A DNA stretch of 64,000 nucleotides from Bilabrum cf. latius (Eukaryota), in assembly GCA_965178125.1 (NCBI GenBank), contig OZ237764.1, positions 558,001-622,000 of the forward strand, given 5' to 3'. Numbering within the stretch: the first letter of the stretch is position 1; the number at the start of each line of letters is the position of its first letter. The notes below the pieces were generated by a model, which worked only from the letters and a program-made list of their open reading frames with translations, ran no database searches and was not told where the DNA came from. Below, piece by piece: positions 27,596 through 40,914 of the stretch. A program made the translations under genes and the position numbers.

Positions 27596-28479
27596 AGTTG
27601 ATGCTACTTTGATTCACAAAAAAGTTGGCTAATGGGGTACAAAACCCGCGGCTGAGCTGTTGCGATGTGCGAGAGAGAGACTGGAATTGGTCAAGTATTT
27701 TCTCTTCATCTTTACGAATCACATTTCTAATCGTATTGGATCTCGTTAGATGTTTGGCCAAGGCTTGACGAGATACATAGCCATATCTCGTACAATCAAT
27801 AAGAAAATCAAACAACCAGCGGTGCATCTCATAGGACAGCACCAAACAACCCCCCCCATAGGCCCCAGTGTCGAGGCCGCCGATAGTTGGTACAAAGCGC
27901 CCACGCTACCAGTCCTTTATTTTTGTGCAGAATGAATTGGTAGACTTGCATGCATGTCCACATCGCCTCATCAAGGCCCGAAGACCCGAATCTGTGATGG
28001 GTCGCAAGCTTGGTCGCAACTTGTTGAAGAAGAGGAAATCAATGAAGACCCCCCATGACTGGACCATGAGAATAGCAAGAACTACTACTTTACTTCGACG
28101 AGCCTTCTGACGATAATAACCTATGTGGTCTAGTCCTGCGAGGTTCTGCAAACTGGTATGAGCCGGCTGGTTATCAGCCAGCGATAACAACGCAATTTCG
28201 ACCAGCAGGCATTGGATACAGGTTCTGCCAAGTATGACTTCTACGCTACCGAGACCGTGAAGCTATGCATTGCGCGTTTTGTGGAATACCAGCACCGTGG
28301 TTGAAATTTTAGAAAAGCGAACGTTCGATGAGTACCAGCGAACCCGCCGATATTGGTCCAGATATGACCACCCAGCAGAACAAAGGGTTTACAAACAGGA
28401 CCTGGAAGTCTTTAGCAGGGACATATCCTGTTAGCGACTCAATTGCTTATTTGGAGCTTCTTTCTGGGACAGTTCAGTC

Positions 28480-31400
28480 ATGATGGATCAAGGAAGTGGC
28501 CCCGAGAATTACGGCAACGACGCCGGCGATCTCACGACTTACAGGCCTATGCCACTGGTGTACGCAGGCGGTACCAAGACCATTCTGATCTCACAATCAA
28601 GCGGAAGTTTCATTCAGTTGTGCGAATCGAGCTCAGGTACAGAGGCCGTTCGCCGTCTGTCCGAAACACGTCCTGTCTTCAAAATCGGAGGTTTGATGGA
28701 CAATCGTGACGGCCGGAAGGCAACTAGTCGACGCTTGGTTGCTCTCATTGTGGAGTCCCCTCAAACTGGAGACGATACCTGTGGGGACCATCTCTAGATG
28801 AGCAATGTCTCGCCGCATCGAAACGTTGTCGTGTCCCTATTTCGCAGCATGCAGCAACTACCAGGCTGGATGCAAACTGCCATCCAGGAAATTGATGTAC
28901 GCAAAATGGCTGGCACAACTGATACGTAGGATTATCTCAAGAGCATCCGCTCGGGCGCGGCAGCGTGTTGCGTGACTGGAGTCGAGCCCTTTGAATGCAG
29001 TTTGACTGACTGGATGCGCGACAAGCTTCCCGACATGCCGTATTTCCTAGCTGCTGATGCCTTGTTACAAATTGCACTTGACATCGCAAAGGGCATGCAT
29101 CACCTGCAGCGGCACGGGGTGGTGCACCGTGACCTGAAGCTGGACAACGTGATGTGGGACTCGAAGGGGGGTCCGGAGGGGGTGGGACGCGCAGTGCTCA
29201 TGGACTTCTTGCCCGGCATGCATTCAATCGAACCGAATGACCCCGTCTCACCCGTGGATGCTGCCGATCGAGACCTGCAAACGCCCGAGGCCGGGCCAGC
29301 ATCGGGAGCGGGGGCTGCAATCGGTCCGTCCGGAGTGACGAATGCAAGACCTCGGGGTCATCATGCTGCCGGGGCTGACCTTGCTGTTGAAGCAGTTGAT
29401 AGGCTATCTGCAGAGCATACAGCAGGGGCGGGTGCCGGGGCAGGACACGAAGGCCGGCCGCGCCCTGGGAGGCAGGCAGCCCTTGCCCTGGGGCGCGTGC
29501 TGCAGGAGCTGCTGGCCGAAAGTATGCAGCTCAACCCAGAGATCCGGAGGGCCGCTGAATATGCGAACGCTTGTGGACAATCTGGCGCTGCAGACGCAGG
29601 CGATGCAAGCGCCACAGGGCAATCGTACAAGACGGGCGAGGAGGGGGGGGAGGGCCCCCAGGATGTGCCACCGGGCACGCCCGCCGAGCTGCAGTGCATT
29701 GCAACGACACTCGAAGGACTTCTGTCGCCGGACCCGCACAGCAGGATGGACATTACAGGTGCCATCGAGAGGCTGCGGATGGTCCCCACCCAGATGTACT
29801 ACGGGATGAATCACCTGCTGTCGGGGCTGGTGTGGGAAGACGGCAGCAGCAGCAGCAGCAGCAGCAGCAGAGGGGCTTACACGGAACTGTTTGACGAGGT
29901 GCGAGAGGACGTGGAAGCCTCCAGCCGCCTCGAGGGGGTTCACGTTCTACTACGGCTGGCCAACGGTCTGGAGATTTTGCGGTGGGCTCATTCGTGGGAT
30001 GATGACCCGCGGTTTGATGCGACAGACGAGGAGGAAGACGATCCCAGGGGTCTAGCCCAGCGTGAGAGCCGGCAGGCGCTGATCAAAGCCGTCGGACGTG
30101 CAACCAGTCGTGACGCGAGGCACCTGAAAAGCATGCTACTCGAAGGCAACCACGGCCCTCTGGTCGCATCGCTCCGCAATGCAATGCATGGAAAGTCCAT
30201 GCTCATGAAGGGAGGAGAGGCATGCGACGTGATAAGCGACCTGACCGCACTTTTCAAAGGCGAGATGATGTGCAACCTGGTAGTGTCGGAGGGTCTCATT
30301 CAGTGTGTGGTGGAGCTGCTGGCCTCGTCGCGGTGCTCAGACCGGAAGCGAGCTGCCAGCTTGGTCGCAGACTTCGGTACCGTCCTGTTCAAGCAGGAAG
30401 AGATTGTGGTTGCCTGCGTGCAAGCGAACGCCTTGCCTTGGCTAGGTGGCATGCTCGAGCACGGCGAGCTCATTCATGGCGGGGAGGCGACACTGGCTGC
30501 CAAAGCCCTGTTAGCGATCGTGTAGTAGGTTGATATCGGAGGCAAGCGGCAAGTGGTACAGGCGGGCTGTTTGCGCGGCCTAGCCCGCGCTCTCTCTCGC
30601 CCAGGAACCCCAGCATTCACGGAGTCTGCCAATGTCGTTCGACGCATTGCCAACGAATCGCAAGACCTGAGACGAGCCGTCGTGCAACAGGACGGGATGC
30701 TGATCGGCGTCATGGACGGATTCGGGCGCGCCGATCACGACTCTGCGGCTGAGTACATCGAGACTTTGATTGCGCTTGGGACTGGCGACGATGAAGCCAT
30801 GCTTTCCCTGCTTGATGCCGGCGGTATAGACGTGGTAGCAAGGGCGATGCGCAGCGGCGCGGGGTGCGTGGAATCCACTGCGCTCAGGGCACTCTCTACA
30901 CTGATCGACTGTGACAGCTCCCCCCTGCGCCATACGCTGCACCGCCATGTGCTGCAGACGGACATGCTGCCTTCCTTGGCACTATCACTCACATCCTAGC
31001 GGGGCATCGATTCTTTTTGGGCAACGAAATCGCTGCTGCACTTGGCGAAAGGCAACGATGAGGCGAAGCGTAGGATCGTTGCCTCTGGCGCTCTGCCTGG
31101 CATCGTCTGGATCATGCAGGCTGGCAAATTGGAAGAATCAGAAATGGCCATCAGGGTGCTGCAGCACGTGCCGTGTACCACGGACGAGTGGAAGGAGCTC
31201 GCCGACCAGACCGATGTGATGCCCGAACTTGTTCGCTTGCTCGAGTTCAATAGCCACGGAGTGGCACGTTAGGCCGCCAAAGTCTTGGTTCGGCTGTCAG
31301 GCAAGACGCTCGGGCTTCTAGATATGGTGCGCGGTGCTGACCCATTTCCATCGCTAGTGCCATTGCTGACGAAGCCAGGCTCAAAGGACGCCCACGTTGC

Positions 31401-32838
31401 GATTTAGGCACTGCATGCAGTATTAGAGGATGTGTAGAGCCTAAACAAGCTGAGAGAGATCAAAGACATTGTTCCAAGCCTTGTAGCGCTGCTAGGGGAC
31501 CGAGCGACACCACCCGAGGACATTGCACGTGGAGTCAAGGTGTTTGTCGGAATCATGTCTGCTAGAAACGATATCGTAAGGAGCCGGCTGCAAGATGAGG
31601 CCCTGCGTGCTGGCGTGCTTGGAGCTGCTCGTGGGCTTCTCTCCCAGCGCCGCGAGAGCCACCTTACGGTGGCAGCTCTGGGGTTGATATCATCGGTTCA
31701 AGGCAAGTGGTCGGCCGCGATTCAAACGCTGGATCAACGAGGAGCAGAGGTCATCGTTGCCTATCTTGACTCCAACGACCGTGCCGTGCGCTTCGCAGCG
31801 GCAAGTACCCTCACAAGGATTCTTGCAGACACCTACGAAGAGAGCAATCGCCCCGATTGCAGGGGGTAGGTGCTTGCGTCCATTCTTGGGGCCGGTGCCG
31901 TCCCTGTCACGATTCGAATGCTCCAGCGCTACTTCGACGACAAGGACGTCCGAAGCTCGTTTAGTTAGCTCCTCTTGCTAGTGCTGGACAGATCAACCGA
32001 TGGGATGGCAGCGGTGGTGTCGGGTGGCGGCGTACCTCTGCTGGTGCAATAGCTTTCGCTGTACCCGCAAGATAGCTAGGCAGCAGCATATGCAGCAATA
32101 GCGGTCACGTAGCTTTTGTCTGGACCGCAATGGGCAGTCGATGCAGTGCTGGAAGAGGGCCCATTCCAAGCACTCATCAAGATGATCCAGCCAGGGGATG
32201 ACGCCACCGGCGAGCTGGACCCTGCAGCCAAAGCTGCTGTTGAAGCACTTACGTCAGCTGCTAGAATTGGCGATCATTTGAAGCGTGCAATTACTGAGCT
32301 TGGATCGGTCCCTTTTCTTGCAAGAATACTCGGCCATGGGAAGTTTGATTTCCGTGACGCAGCTATCGACTGCCTCCTTGAGCTGAGCTCTGGGCCGGAG
32401 CCCGTTCAGGTCGCAGTCGCGGATGCAAAGGTGCTGGATGATCTGGCCAGAGTAATCATGCCTCCCATTACGACTTATGGTACCCGCGAACGAGTCATTA
32501 TCCAACTTGCGAGAAATCTAGTTTCTCGATCTACAGCAGTGCGGCACGCTGTCTCACAGTCTAAACTGTTTGGGGTGCTCGTTACGCTGCTGTAGGACTC
32601 CAGCATGGAGGGATCCAGACATCTTTTGCAACAAACGGTTGCGATCCTGACAAGAGACCCCGCAGCAATGCGTCAGCTTGACGGCATAGTATCGCCGCCT
32701 AGTTGGGGCACGATCCTGTCCCAGCTGCAGGAGAACGTGGATGCAGGAAGTCACCGAGCCCGAGAGCTACGCGACAGATTGCGTAGCTTTGGGTGGCATT
32801 AGGTGAATGAGGAAGGGGGTGATGGCGATTTGGGATGA
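28480..32838 (+). CDS. Divergent protein kinase (possible pseudokinase) fused to armadillo/HEAT-like repeats, ~1,450 aa; start uncertain; requires TAG=sense
   Basis: Frame open 28261-32838 except for TAG. Fragments 28480, 28972, 30553, 31042, 31540, 32116 and 32605 are in frame. Kinase motifs PHRNVV, VVHRDLKLDNV, VLMDFL and LLSPDPHSR. ARM-like segments IVASGALPGIV, AGGIDVV and GGVPLLV. TGA at 32836-32838. Confidence 0.8.
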
Positions 32839-32955
32839 GATAATCCAATTCTGTTGGATCTGGATGTGCCCGTGTCCGAGCAACGTAAGCATCCGGATGC
32901 ATGTATGGTATAAGACAAGTTTTCTAATTTGATCCAAGCTATCCGATGCGAACCG

Positions 32956-35900
32956 TCAGAATGCGTCTGAGTCCCTCTGGCTGGTCTCCCCTGATACCAA
33001 AGGCCCGACTCCTCTCGCCTGTCGCCGCCTGTGCGCTGCGGCCATGGCCGCCCTTGCCCTATCCCTCACATCTTGGTTGCTCGTCCTTTCGCTAGAATTC
33101 CTGCCTATTTCAGAAACGCCGCTGCTAGTGTAGCTACGGCTACTGCTCGAGGCCACTGCCGATCGACCAGGTGTGAGCAAGCCAGCTCCTATCACTCTCC
33201 ATTCTGAGCTGCCACTGGCACTCAAATGAGCATCACCTCGCATCGGCAGCTCCTTCGGCACTGGAGTGCTTCCACGGCTACCGGTGCTGCTCTCTGCATC
33301 GGAACTTGCTCTCCCCCCTACAGCCGACCTGCCTGGCTAGAGCAATCCCGGCCCTGCACCGCTCGTGCCAGTGCTCGTTGTGGCTGCAAAGTCACCACCG
33401 TGTGCAAGCAGATCGCGAATCTGCTGGCCCATGTAGCCATCCTACTGGTACTCAGCATGCTGACGTTCGGGCCCTGCTCTCTGATTGCCGGGCACTGCAA
33501 AACCACCTCTTGCTCCAGCCGGCGGAGGCAAAGATCCGAAATCTACGGACGACATCGTGCTACTTTCTACCTCATTCGAGATGACCCGATCGTGGCCGCG
33601 GTCCCGCGTCCCGGAGTCACTTGCGCCGCGGCTATCATTTCCTTCGCTGCCATGAGAATGCACCAACCCAGGCTGTGCTTTGCTTAGATCAGGTAGTCGT
33701 GCCTGCTGCCACTCTGATATGGGCACCTCAACGACCCCCTAAACAGCCACCATGGCCGGGGCACTGTCAGAAATACCGTCGTGGATAGCCTGACCCGTCT
33801 AAGCCACGGGTACTGCTTCCATGACTACGCCTGGCCTCGGCATGCTGTCAGCGATCTGGCTCCCTCTGCGCCCCGTGGCACCACCACTGATCACGAAATC
33901 GCTGTCGATGCTGTCAGCCCTCCAAGAAGACGAGGACTAGGACGATGATGCCTGTGATGACGACTGCATTGCGCGACCATCGCCAGCGGTACCTCGCTAG
34001 GATGCTGCACGGTGCTCCTCCGTACCAGGTCGAGAAGTGGGTGTGGCTTCTGCCGCCCGCAGCTCCGATGGCTGGTCCTCCTTCGTCGCAGTGTACTGGT
34101 TGCTTACACCCACTGCCGTGTCGGATGGCGCCACGGCCAGGTGTGCTGCATGCTGTACAATGCGGCACACGTCGTCGTCAGCGTCCAGCTCAGGACTACT
34201 GACGTGGTCATCACCGTGTTGGCTGTCGGCGTTGACTGCAGCCACGTGCTCGGACGTTTGTTCCCATGCTTGCTTCCCCTAGCTCCCGAAGCCCGCACCC
34301 TTAGAGTTTGAATCCTACTATTCACTACATGGTGCCTGCTCCCGAGCTCGCAGTTGCGAAGCGCGCTCTCCCTGGCCCCCTCCCTCGATGCTGGGAAACA
34401 CCGCACTGGCGCCCCTGGTAGTGTCTGTATGGGATGGGGCGGGCGAACATGAAGTTCGGTCTACATTTCCAACGGACTTGCTCGTCACACCTTCACTCCA
34501 TGACCCAGCCTGCTCTGCACTTAACTCCCCCGGGCCATTTGAGCGATACCCAGCTGGAGTACTACCACTGCCGCTGCTGCTGCTGCTGCTGCTGGTACTG
34601 GCTTGTGCACCAGCCGATACTCCGTCGGACCGCAGTTGCAATGATCGAGCGGGCAGCACTGCCAAACCAGAACCAATGCTGCGGTTAGATTGGTGTGATA
34701 AGCGCGCATGTCTCTCACGATGCTCCTGCTCCTAGCCAAGTGACTGTCCGCCCATGGCCTCCACCGTATTGCCCTTGCTGTCGCCATGCTGCACTTGCTT
34801 GCAGACTGCTCCCATTGGGTTTCCATAGCTATCGTACTCAATGACGACCTGCTAGCTCGGGATAATGTCGCCGTCGGCGTCCAGCTCCGCAGTACCAGCC
34901 CTTGTCCCCGGCGTGCTGTTGGCTCCAGCTGAGCGACAGCGAGGGCTGGATGCTTTCTAATCCAGACCAACAGGCGTGATTGAGGCCGAACTCTTCGATC
35001 GATCGTCCTACTACTCCCCATCGTCCCGGTCGGCACCCGCAGCTACGTGCCGCGCATATGCAACTAGTCCAGCAATGAGAGCAACGACTAGGATGGCACC
35101 CACTGCGCCGACTGCGATTGTCAACGCCATGGACTTGCGACCGTCTAGGCCACCTGCACCCACGCTGATGCCGAATGACCCATCTGCATCATCCGCTTGC
35201 GCGTCGTCTTCTTCACTGAGTTCACCAGACGGAGGTGGAGGTGTAGAAAAAGGAGGCACGTATAGTGACCCATCAGGTGCTAGCACGAGCCCGCCCACCG
35301 CGGTGTTCTGCAGCAGACTGGCAGAGAGATCCACGAGCGACAACTGCCCAATGGAAGCTTCGCTGATCGCAAGCTGCAGAGTCTCCACGCCTGCAGTTAC
35401 TGCATCCTCGTCGCCGAGCCGAGCCGAAGCAGCCGCTTGGAGAGAAGCCAGAGCAATTCGAGGATCGCCACCAGCGGCACTGGAAGCGTTCTCCATCAAA
35501 TTAGGGGGTTTAACACTTGATGAACTGATCAATGACCCGCCGGAGGATGTACCATTCTGCAACTGTCCTGGCAGGGGAGATGCACCTGCGGCTGGAGAGT
35601 GCCAACGACCTGGGTGCATGGCAAGCCTTAGCTCCACAGCGTACGCGACTAGCACTTCGTCCACGACCGTGGGCGTCCCGCCAAACTGCTTGCCAGTGGG
35701 ACTGGCGGTTCCGTTCTAATTCGGATCGGGACCAAATCCAAACTGTGGTGGCCCGAATCCGATCTATACCCGGCGTCCCTCATTCGCTTCGTCGTTGCTA
35801 TTGATGCCAATACCTTCAGGTTGGGCATGTGTGACCCGCTGGGGCCGATCCACGCGAATACCTAACGAGCCCAGCACGTCAGCAGCAGACGGAGTGCCAT

Positions 35901-38900
35901 CAAGTGAGTTGCCTCCAACAGATGCCACTGCAACCACGGCTATCGCACCGGTCTGGTAGCTCAGCCTGCCGCCAGACCACACGATTCCAACGCTAGGGAT
36001 GCTCCCATCAGTGGCGAATCCAAGCACAGCCATCAAGGCCTGCCCGCATGCCACCTACAGCAGCTAGACAGACGTCATGTTCCCGTCTCTGATTCCAGCC
36101 CCGTCAATCAAGACGAATTGCATGGAGCCCGTCACATTCGCCTTCACGATTGCAACGGTACCTTGGCTAGGAAAAGGGGTGATACTCGGCGATTCTGCAG
36201 GTGTTAATGATGGTGTTGCTGAGTGAATGCTCAAAGCGCTTTGTGTTGGGTTGGTTGTCACGCTACCAGTGGGGCTGCTGGTCCGTGATGTGTTGCCAGC
36301 AGTAGGGGGTGAGACGCTGGGTGCCATGCTGCCAGTCACAGGCAGCGATCCACTTTGTGTCGGGCTCTGGCTTAGAACTGGACTGATCACTGGGTCGAGC
36401 GATGCACCAACTGACTCTTTACCGCTTATACTCGGGCTGGCGCTGATCGATGGGCTTGTACTGCTGCTGGTACTCGGGCTGGCGCTGATCGATGGACTTG
36501 TACTGCTGCTGGTGCTGGTGCTGGCGCTGATCGATGGACTTGTACTGCTGCTGGTACTCGGGCTGGCGCTGATCGATGGGCTTGTACTGCTGCTGGTACT
36601 CGGGCTGGCGCTGATCGATGGGCTTGTACTGCTGCTGGTGCTGGGGCTGGCGCTGATCGATGGGCTTGTACTGCTGCTGGTGCTCGGGCTGGCGCTGATC
36701 GATGGGCTTGTACTAATGCTGGTGCTGGGGCTGGCGCTGATCGATGGGCTTGTACTGCTGCTGGTACTCGGGCTGATCGATGGGCTTGCACTGCTGCTGG
36801 TACTCGGGCTGGCGCTGATCGACGGGCTTGTACTGCTGCTGGTGCTGGGGCTGGCGCTGATCGATGGTGTTGTGCTTGGACTGGGTTCGGCTGTAACCGA
36901 TGAGATCGCGGAAGTAGAAGGTACTGGCCGTCCAGAGGGCACGATCAGCCCGTTGGTGCCTGCAGCCAGGCACCCTTGCCCCGCAGTGGCACCCTGCTGC
37001 ATCCCCCAGAGAACAACAGCGCCTATCTCACCGCCAGTGTCTTGATTTCGGTGGCCAATCGCCCCAACAGCGATCACAGGATGTTGACACCCGGTGAAAT
37101 TCCCGGTGGCAAGGGAAGTTGCTAGCCGCGGGGCACCACCCAGATTCAGTGCGTTGGAGGTGCAGCAATCCGCGGATACAACCTCGTTGTAGCTAGGCAA
37201 GCCGGTTTCCTTGTCAAGACCAAGTACGTGGACTGCACCCGAGCTACCATAACCGCCTACAACAGCCTGGTCTCGCCCCACCAGCAAGCCGTACCCATCA
37301 CCTCCCGATGGATCCGGGATGGATGCCAGGCTGCTGCCGAACGACGAGTACTCCGTCGGCACTCCGTTTACGTTTGTTGAATTAAGCACAACGACTCGGC
37401 TGACGTTGGCTGGCAAGCTAGAGCTGATTCCCTCTCGGAACAGAACGTACACGCACACCCGCGGCTGCAATGTATCGCTCTTCAGCTCAGACGTCAAGGC
37501 TAGCTCATTCCACCCATCTTGATTGGCATCACCAATCCAAGCCAGCTCCATACCGAAATTGTCGGAGCGGTATGTGCTGCTGATACCCAGCAATGGAGAT
37601 ATGGGAGCTCCGTCCGCGGCATCGATGAGTTCTGTGTGGAGCACATACCCAGTGCCATTGAGTGCCAGAATGAAGACGGCACCGCGCTTGCTACCGCTCA
37701 CAGAAGCAAACCGCTGAGCTCCCACAGCTAGCAGTGCTGCACAAGACCCCGTGCATCCCAGGTCGGGACTGCTGTCGCGAGGCAGTGCTGCAAGCGCAGA
37801 TCCGAACCCGGTCTGTCTCTCCGCTGACGACGATAGGCCGTCAAATCCATTGGAGCCATGCTCGATCACCGCAAACTTTGACACGGTGCCGATACTCGTC
37901 AGCCACACGAGGCTCACACCGCCGAATGGCCTCCCTGCCCCAGCATCGTGCCTCCGTGCACCGATTGCGAGAACGTGCCCTGTCCCCTAGCCTGCGAGCT
38001 CGCCCAACCCAGCCAATGCACTCCCAAAGTTCGCATCCGAGCCACCGCGGATCCCGGCGCTGTATCCGTTAGTTCCTCCTACTTGACGTATACCGACAAT
38101 GCTACCATCCCCTGCCTGACTCGTGCGAAGCACAAAAACGTCGTTGTTGCTTCGTTCAGTCACAGCCATGTCATCTGTACCTGAACCGTCAATATCTCCT
38201 ATGTTGGCCACATTCCCACCAAACTTGCCCCCTGTGCTTGGAAGAGTGTTTAATGCCGCTCCCTGCGACCCACTTGCCAGCAACCTGAACCAAGTTGGAA
38301 TCTACAAGGGGGCAGGTGAAACACTAGTGCTGGCGCTGACCGATAGGCTGGGGCTGGCGCTTACACTTGGGCTGAGGCTAGTGGTCGGACTGGTGCTTGA
38401 GCTTTGTGTCGTCGAGGGGCTCGGGCTCGGACTAGGGCTCGAGAAACCACTGGAAGATGGACTGCCCGTACGTGGCACCGGCTACTACGCTCCCATGGTG
38501 CTATCCAACAGCAAGACACCTCCAATTTCATTCCCATGGCCATCGATGTGTGACCGCGCCCCCGCAGCCACCACGAGCCTCGACCCCCCGGAGAAGTTCC
38601 CTACTGCAATGGACGAGCCCATCCTGGTGCTGTGCCCACGATGCAGGTGGGAAGGGTCCGGTCTATCATCATCGCAGCAGTCCCACGTCGTCGCGTTTGC
38701 GTAGGATACACGGCCAGTGTCTGGGTCGAGTGCCAGCGCCCACACTGCACCTGCCTGCTCCAGCGATGGTCCCGGGTACGATTCTTGGCCTACCAGCAAC
38801 CCGATGCGAGTCCCGCAGCTACCAGAAGGGTTCGGAATATCCGCGAGACTGCTACCAAACCCAACTGCGCTGTGCAAGCGCGGCACCGTCGACTCATTCA

Positions 38901-40773
38901 GGACAAACGCACGGCCCCTCTGCAGAGCCGCACCAGGATTATAGTTGGCAATGAAGGTGCGCGCTGACATGATCACAGCAACATTCACGATGCTCGTGTT
39001 CACCTGCGTGGGTTGGAAAGCCACTGCAAGCTCTGGCTCGCCATCTCCGTTCGCATCGCCGACCCACGCCAGGGCGCGGCCAAACGAGCTGCTGTTGCTG
39101 TCGGCTGGTAGAGGAAGCAGCACCCCCCACTGGCTCGTGGCGGCATTGCGACGATGCATGATCCTCAGGGCGCTCAACACATACCCGGTGCCATTGAGAG
39201 AGAGAACAAATACGGCCCCGGGGGACTGACCTGCCGTCGTGCTGAACGCCGAGGCGCCCACTGCCAGGACCGCCCTGCAATAGCCCCTGCAGCTCGTCCC
39301 GGCCATGCCGGGTGGGAGAGCCGCGAGTGCAGAGCCGAACCGCGTGAGGCTCTCAGTTGCACTGCCCATTCCATGGAATCCAGACATTCCCTGCGCTATA
39401 ACCGTGTGGTTAACATAACTTCCAGCTCGGTCTAGTGTGACGAGTGCAACACCCCCCCGAACGGTGCTGGCAGGGCTGCTGTAGGTGGGGGCCCCGATAG
39501 CCACAGTGGTGAGCTTTGCGCCACCATGCAGTGCACCTAGCCCCGCGAGGCTTTGTCCGAAAGAATCGGAATTGAATATGAGCCCAGGTGGGGGCGTCAC
39601 CCCAATCGTCACACGCACCAGCTTGACAAGCGACAGGTCACCGGTGGGACTAGTGAGCCCCACCCAGACGCGCCTCGGCGACGATTCGGTGACTAAAAGG
39701 TCCTCCGTGCCCGACCCATCCACATCACCCACTGCAGCAACGGCCATCCCGATCCCCCCGCTGTTGCTCCATGCATTAAAGTCGTGGCCCTGGGACCCTT
39801 TCGCCCACATCGTGTATGACGAGCCGATTCGGGCGGGTGCGCACGCGCTGGTTGATGGTGATGATGGCGCTGATGGGGACGGGCTGGGCGACGGGATCAG
39901 GTGATTGAAAGTCCCGCACATGTCATACTGCAAGAAACGTTCCCGGAATGCCCCGGGAAACCGCACGAGCAGGGCATGCCTGGATGGGTATCCTGGGCCC
40001 GTGCCACCGGCGAAGCATGGTACCGGGTACTATACGTCCGGGCCGGGCCCAGTTGAGCTACAAGGCGAGCAACCCGTAGAAGCAGCTTCTACGGATGCTT
40101 GCTTCAGTGCGTCTTGGTCGTTCATGTCAATTAGACCTCCTTGGCTCGTGCGAACTGTGCTGTATTGGAGCACCGGCAAAGCCCTGCCGGTGAAATTGAA
40201 CCTGCGTAGGTTTGTGCCCCACTCCACGGCCAAGGCAACAGCAACTTCTAGAAAATTGCCACCGGTATCCGCTCCGCATACCCCTGGTGAGGCACACCTC
40301 GGCCAATTCTGAACAGCGACGTCCAGCGCAACCTGTCCTGAAGAGACCTGCGATGTGCTCCCGTCGCCGAGAGTCAGCCTCCCATCCTCGAGAAAAGTAT
40401 AAAAGGCCACATTAACGGACTTGTTTGCTGATGTCCATTGCATCACATATCTCGCAGCGCGCACCCCGTGGCATGCAGATGTGACTGAACGTGTCTCGAT
40501 CACAGGAGCGGGTGATGGGCTGTGACTGGGACTAAGCAGCTCATGAGATACCGTTGATAGCTACATATCGGCGCCATTACGCTCAACAACGTACGCGACA
40601 AAAGGACTGGCCGTTTCGTTAGCGGGCGAATTGCCGAAGCCCATGAACTGCAAGGTTCCGCTACCTTGCCCGAATTGTCCCTCGGCTGGACAAATGTTTA
40701 CTGCAGTTCCATGTGTAAACTGAGTTGAATCAAATAACGACACGACATGTAAAACAATGACTAATCGCAGCAT
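32956..40773 (-). CDS. FG-GAP/integrin-alpha-like repeat single-pass receptor A (~2,605 aa): two repeat clusters, Ser/Pro/Thr stalk, TM helix, long Ser-rich tail; requires TAG=sense
   Basis: Single frame from ATG 40773 to TGA 32956, with only TAG interruptions (gaps checked). Motifs VGDVDGSGTEDL, WVGDANGDGEPELAV, IGDIDGSGTDDM, FGSALA and VAIGAP. TM segment ALTIAVGAVGAILVVALIAGLVAYA. Confidence 0.85.
36428..36867 (-). repeat. Mucin-like coding minisatellite, ~42-bp unit x~10 (SPSISASPSTSSST)
   Basis: Repeated gggctggcgctgatcgatgggcttgtactgctgctggt on the + strand. Confidence 0.9.
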
Positions 40774-40914
40774 ATCGCTTCAGAAATGCAGCGCCGACTT
40801 TCGGTGTGGAATGGTCGCAGTTGGTCGCAAATGCCATTGGTGCACCTTCAAGGTGTGCATGCACAGACTAGACGAGTTGCAACGCAGTCGCTTTATTTCG
40901 ACCACCTATACGAA

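Noticed and set aside
36428-36867. Regular repeats as a possible CRISPR array
   Set aside because: No unique spacers; unit lengths are multiples of 3 and lie within a coding frame.
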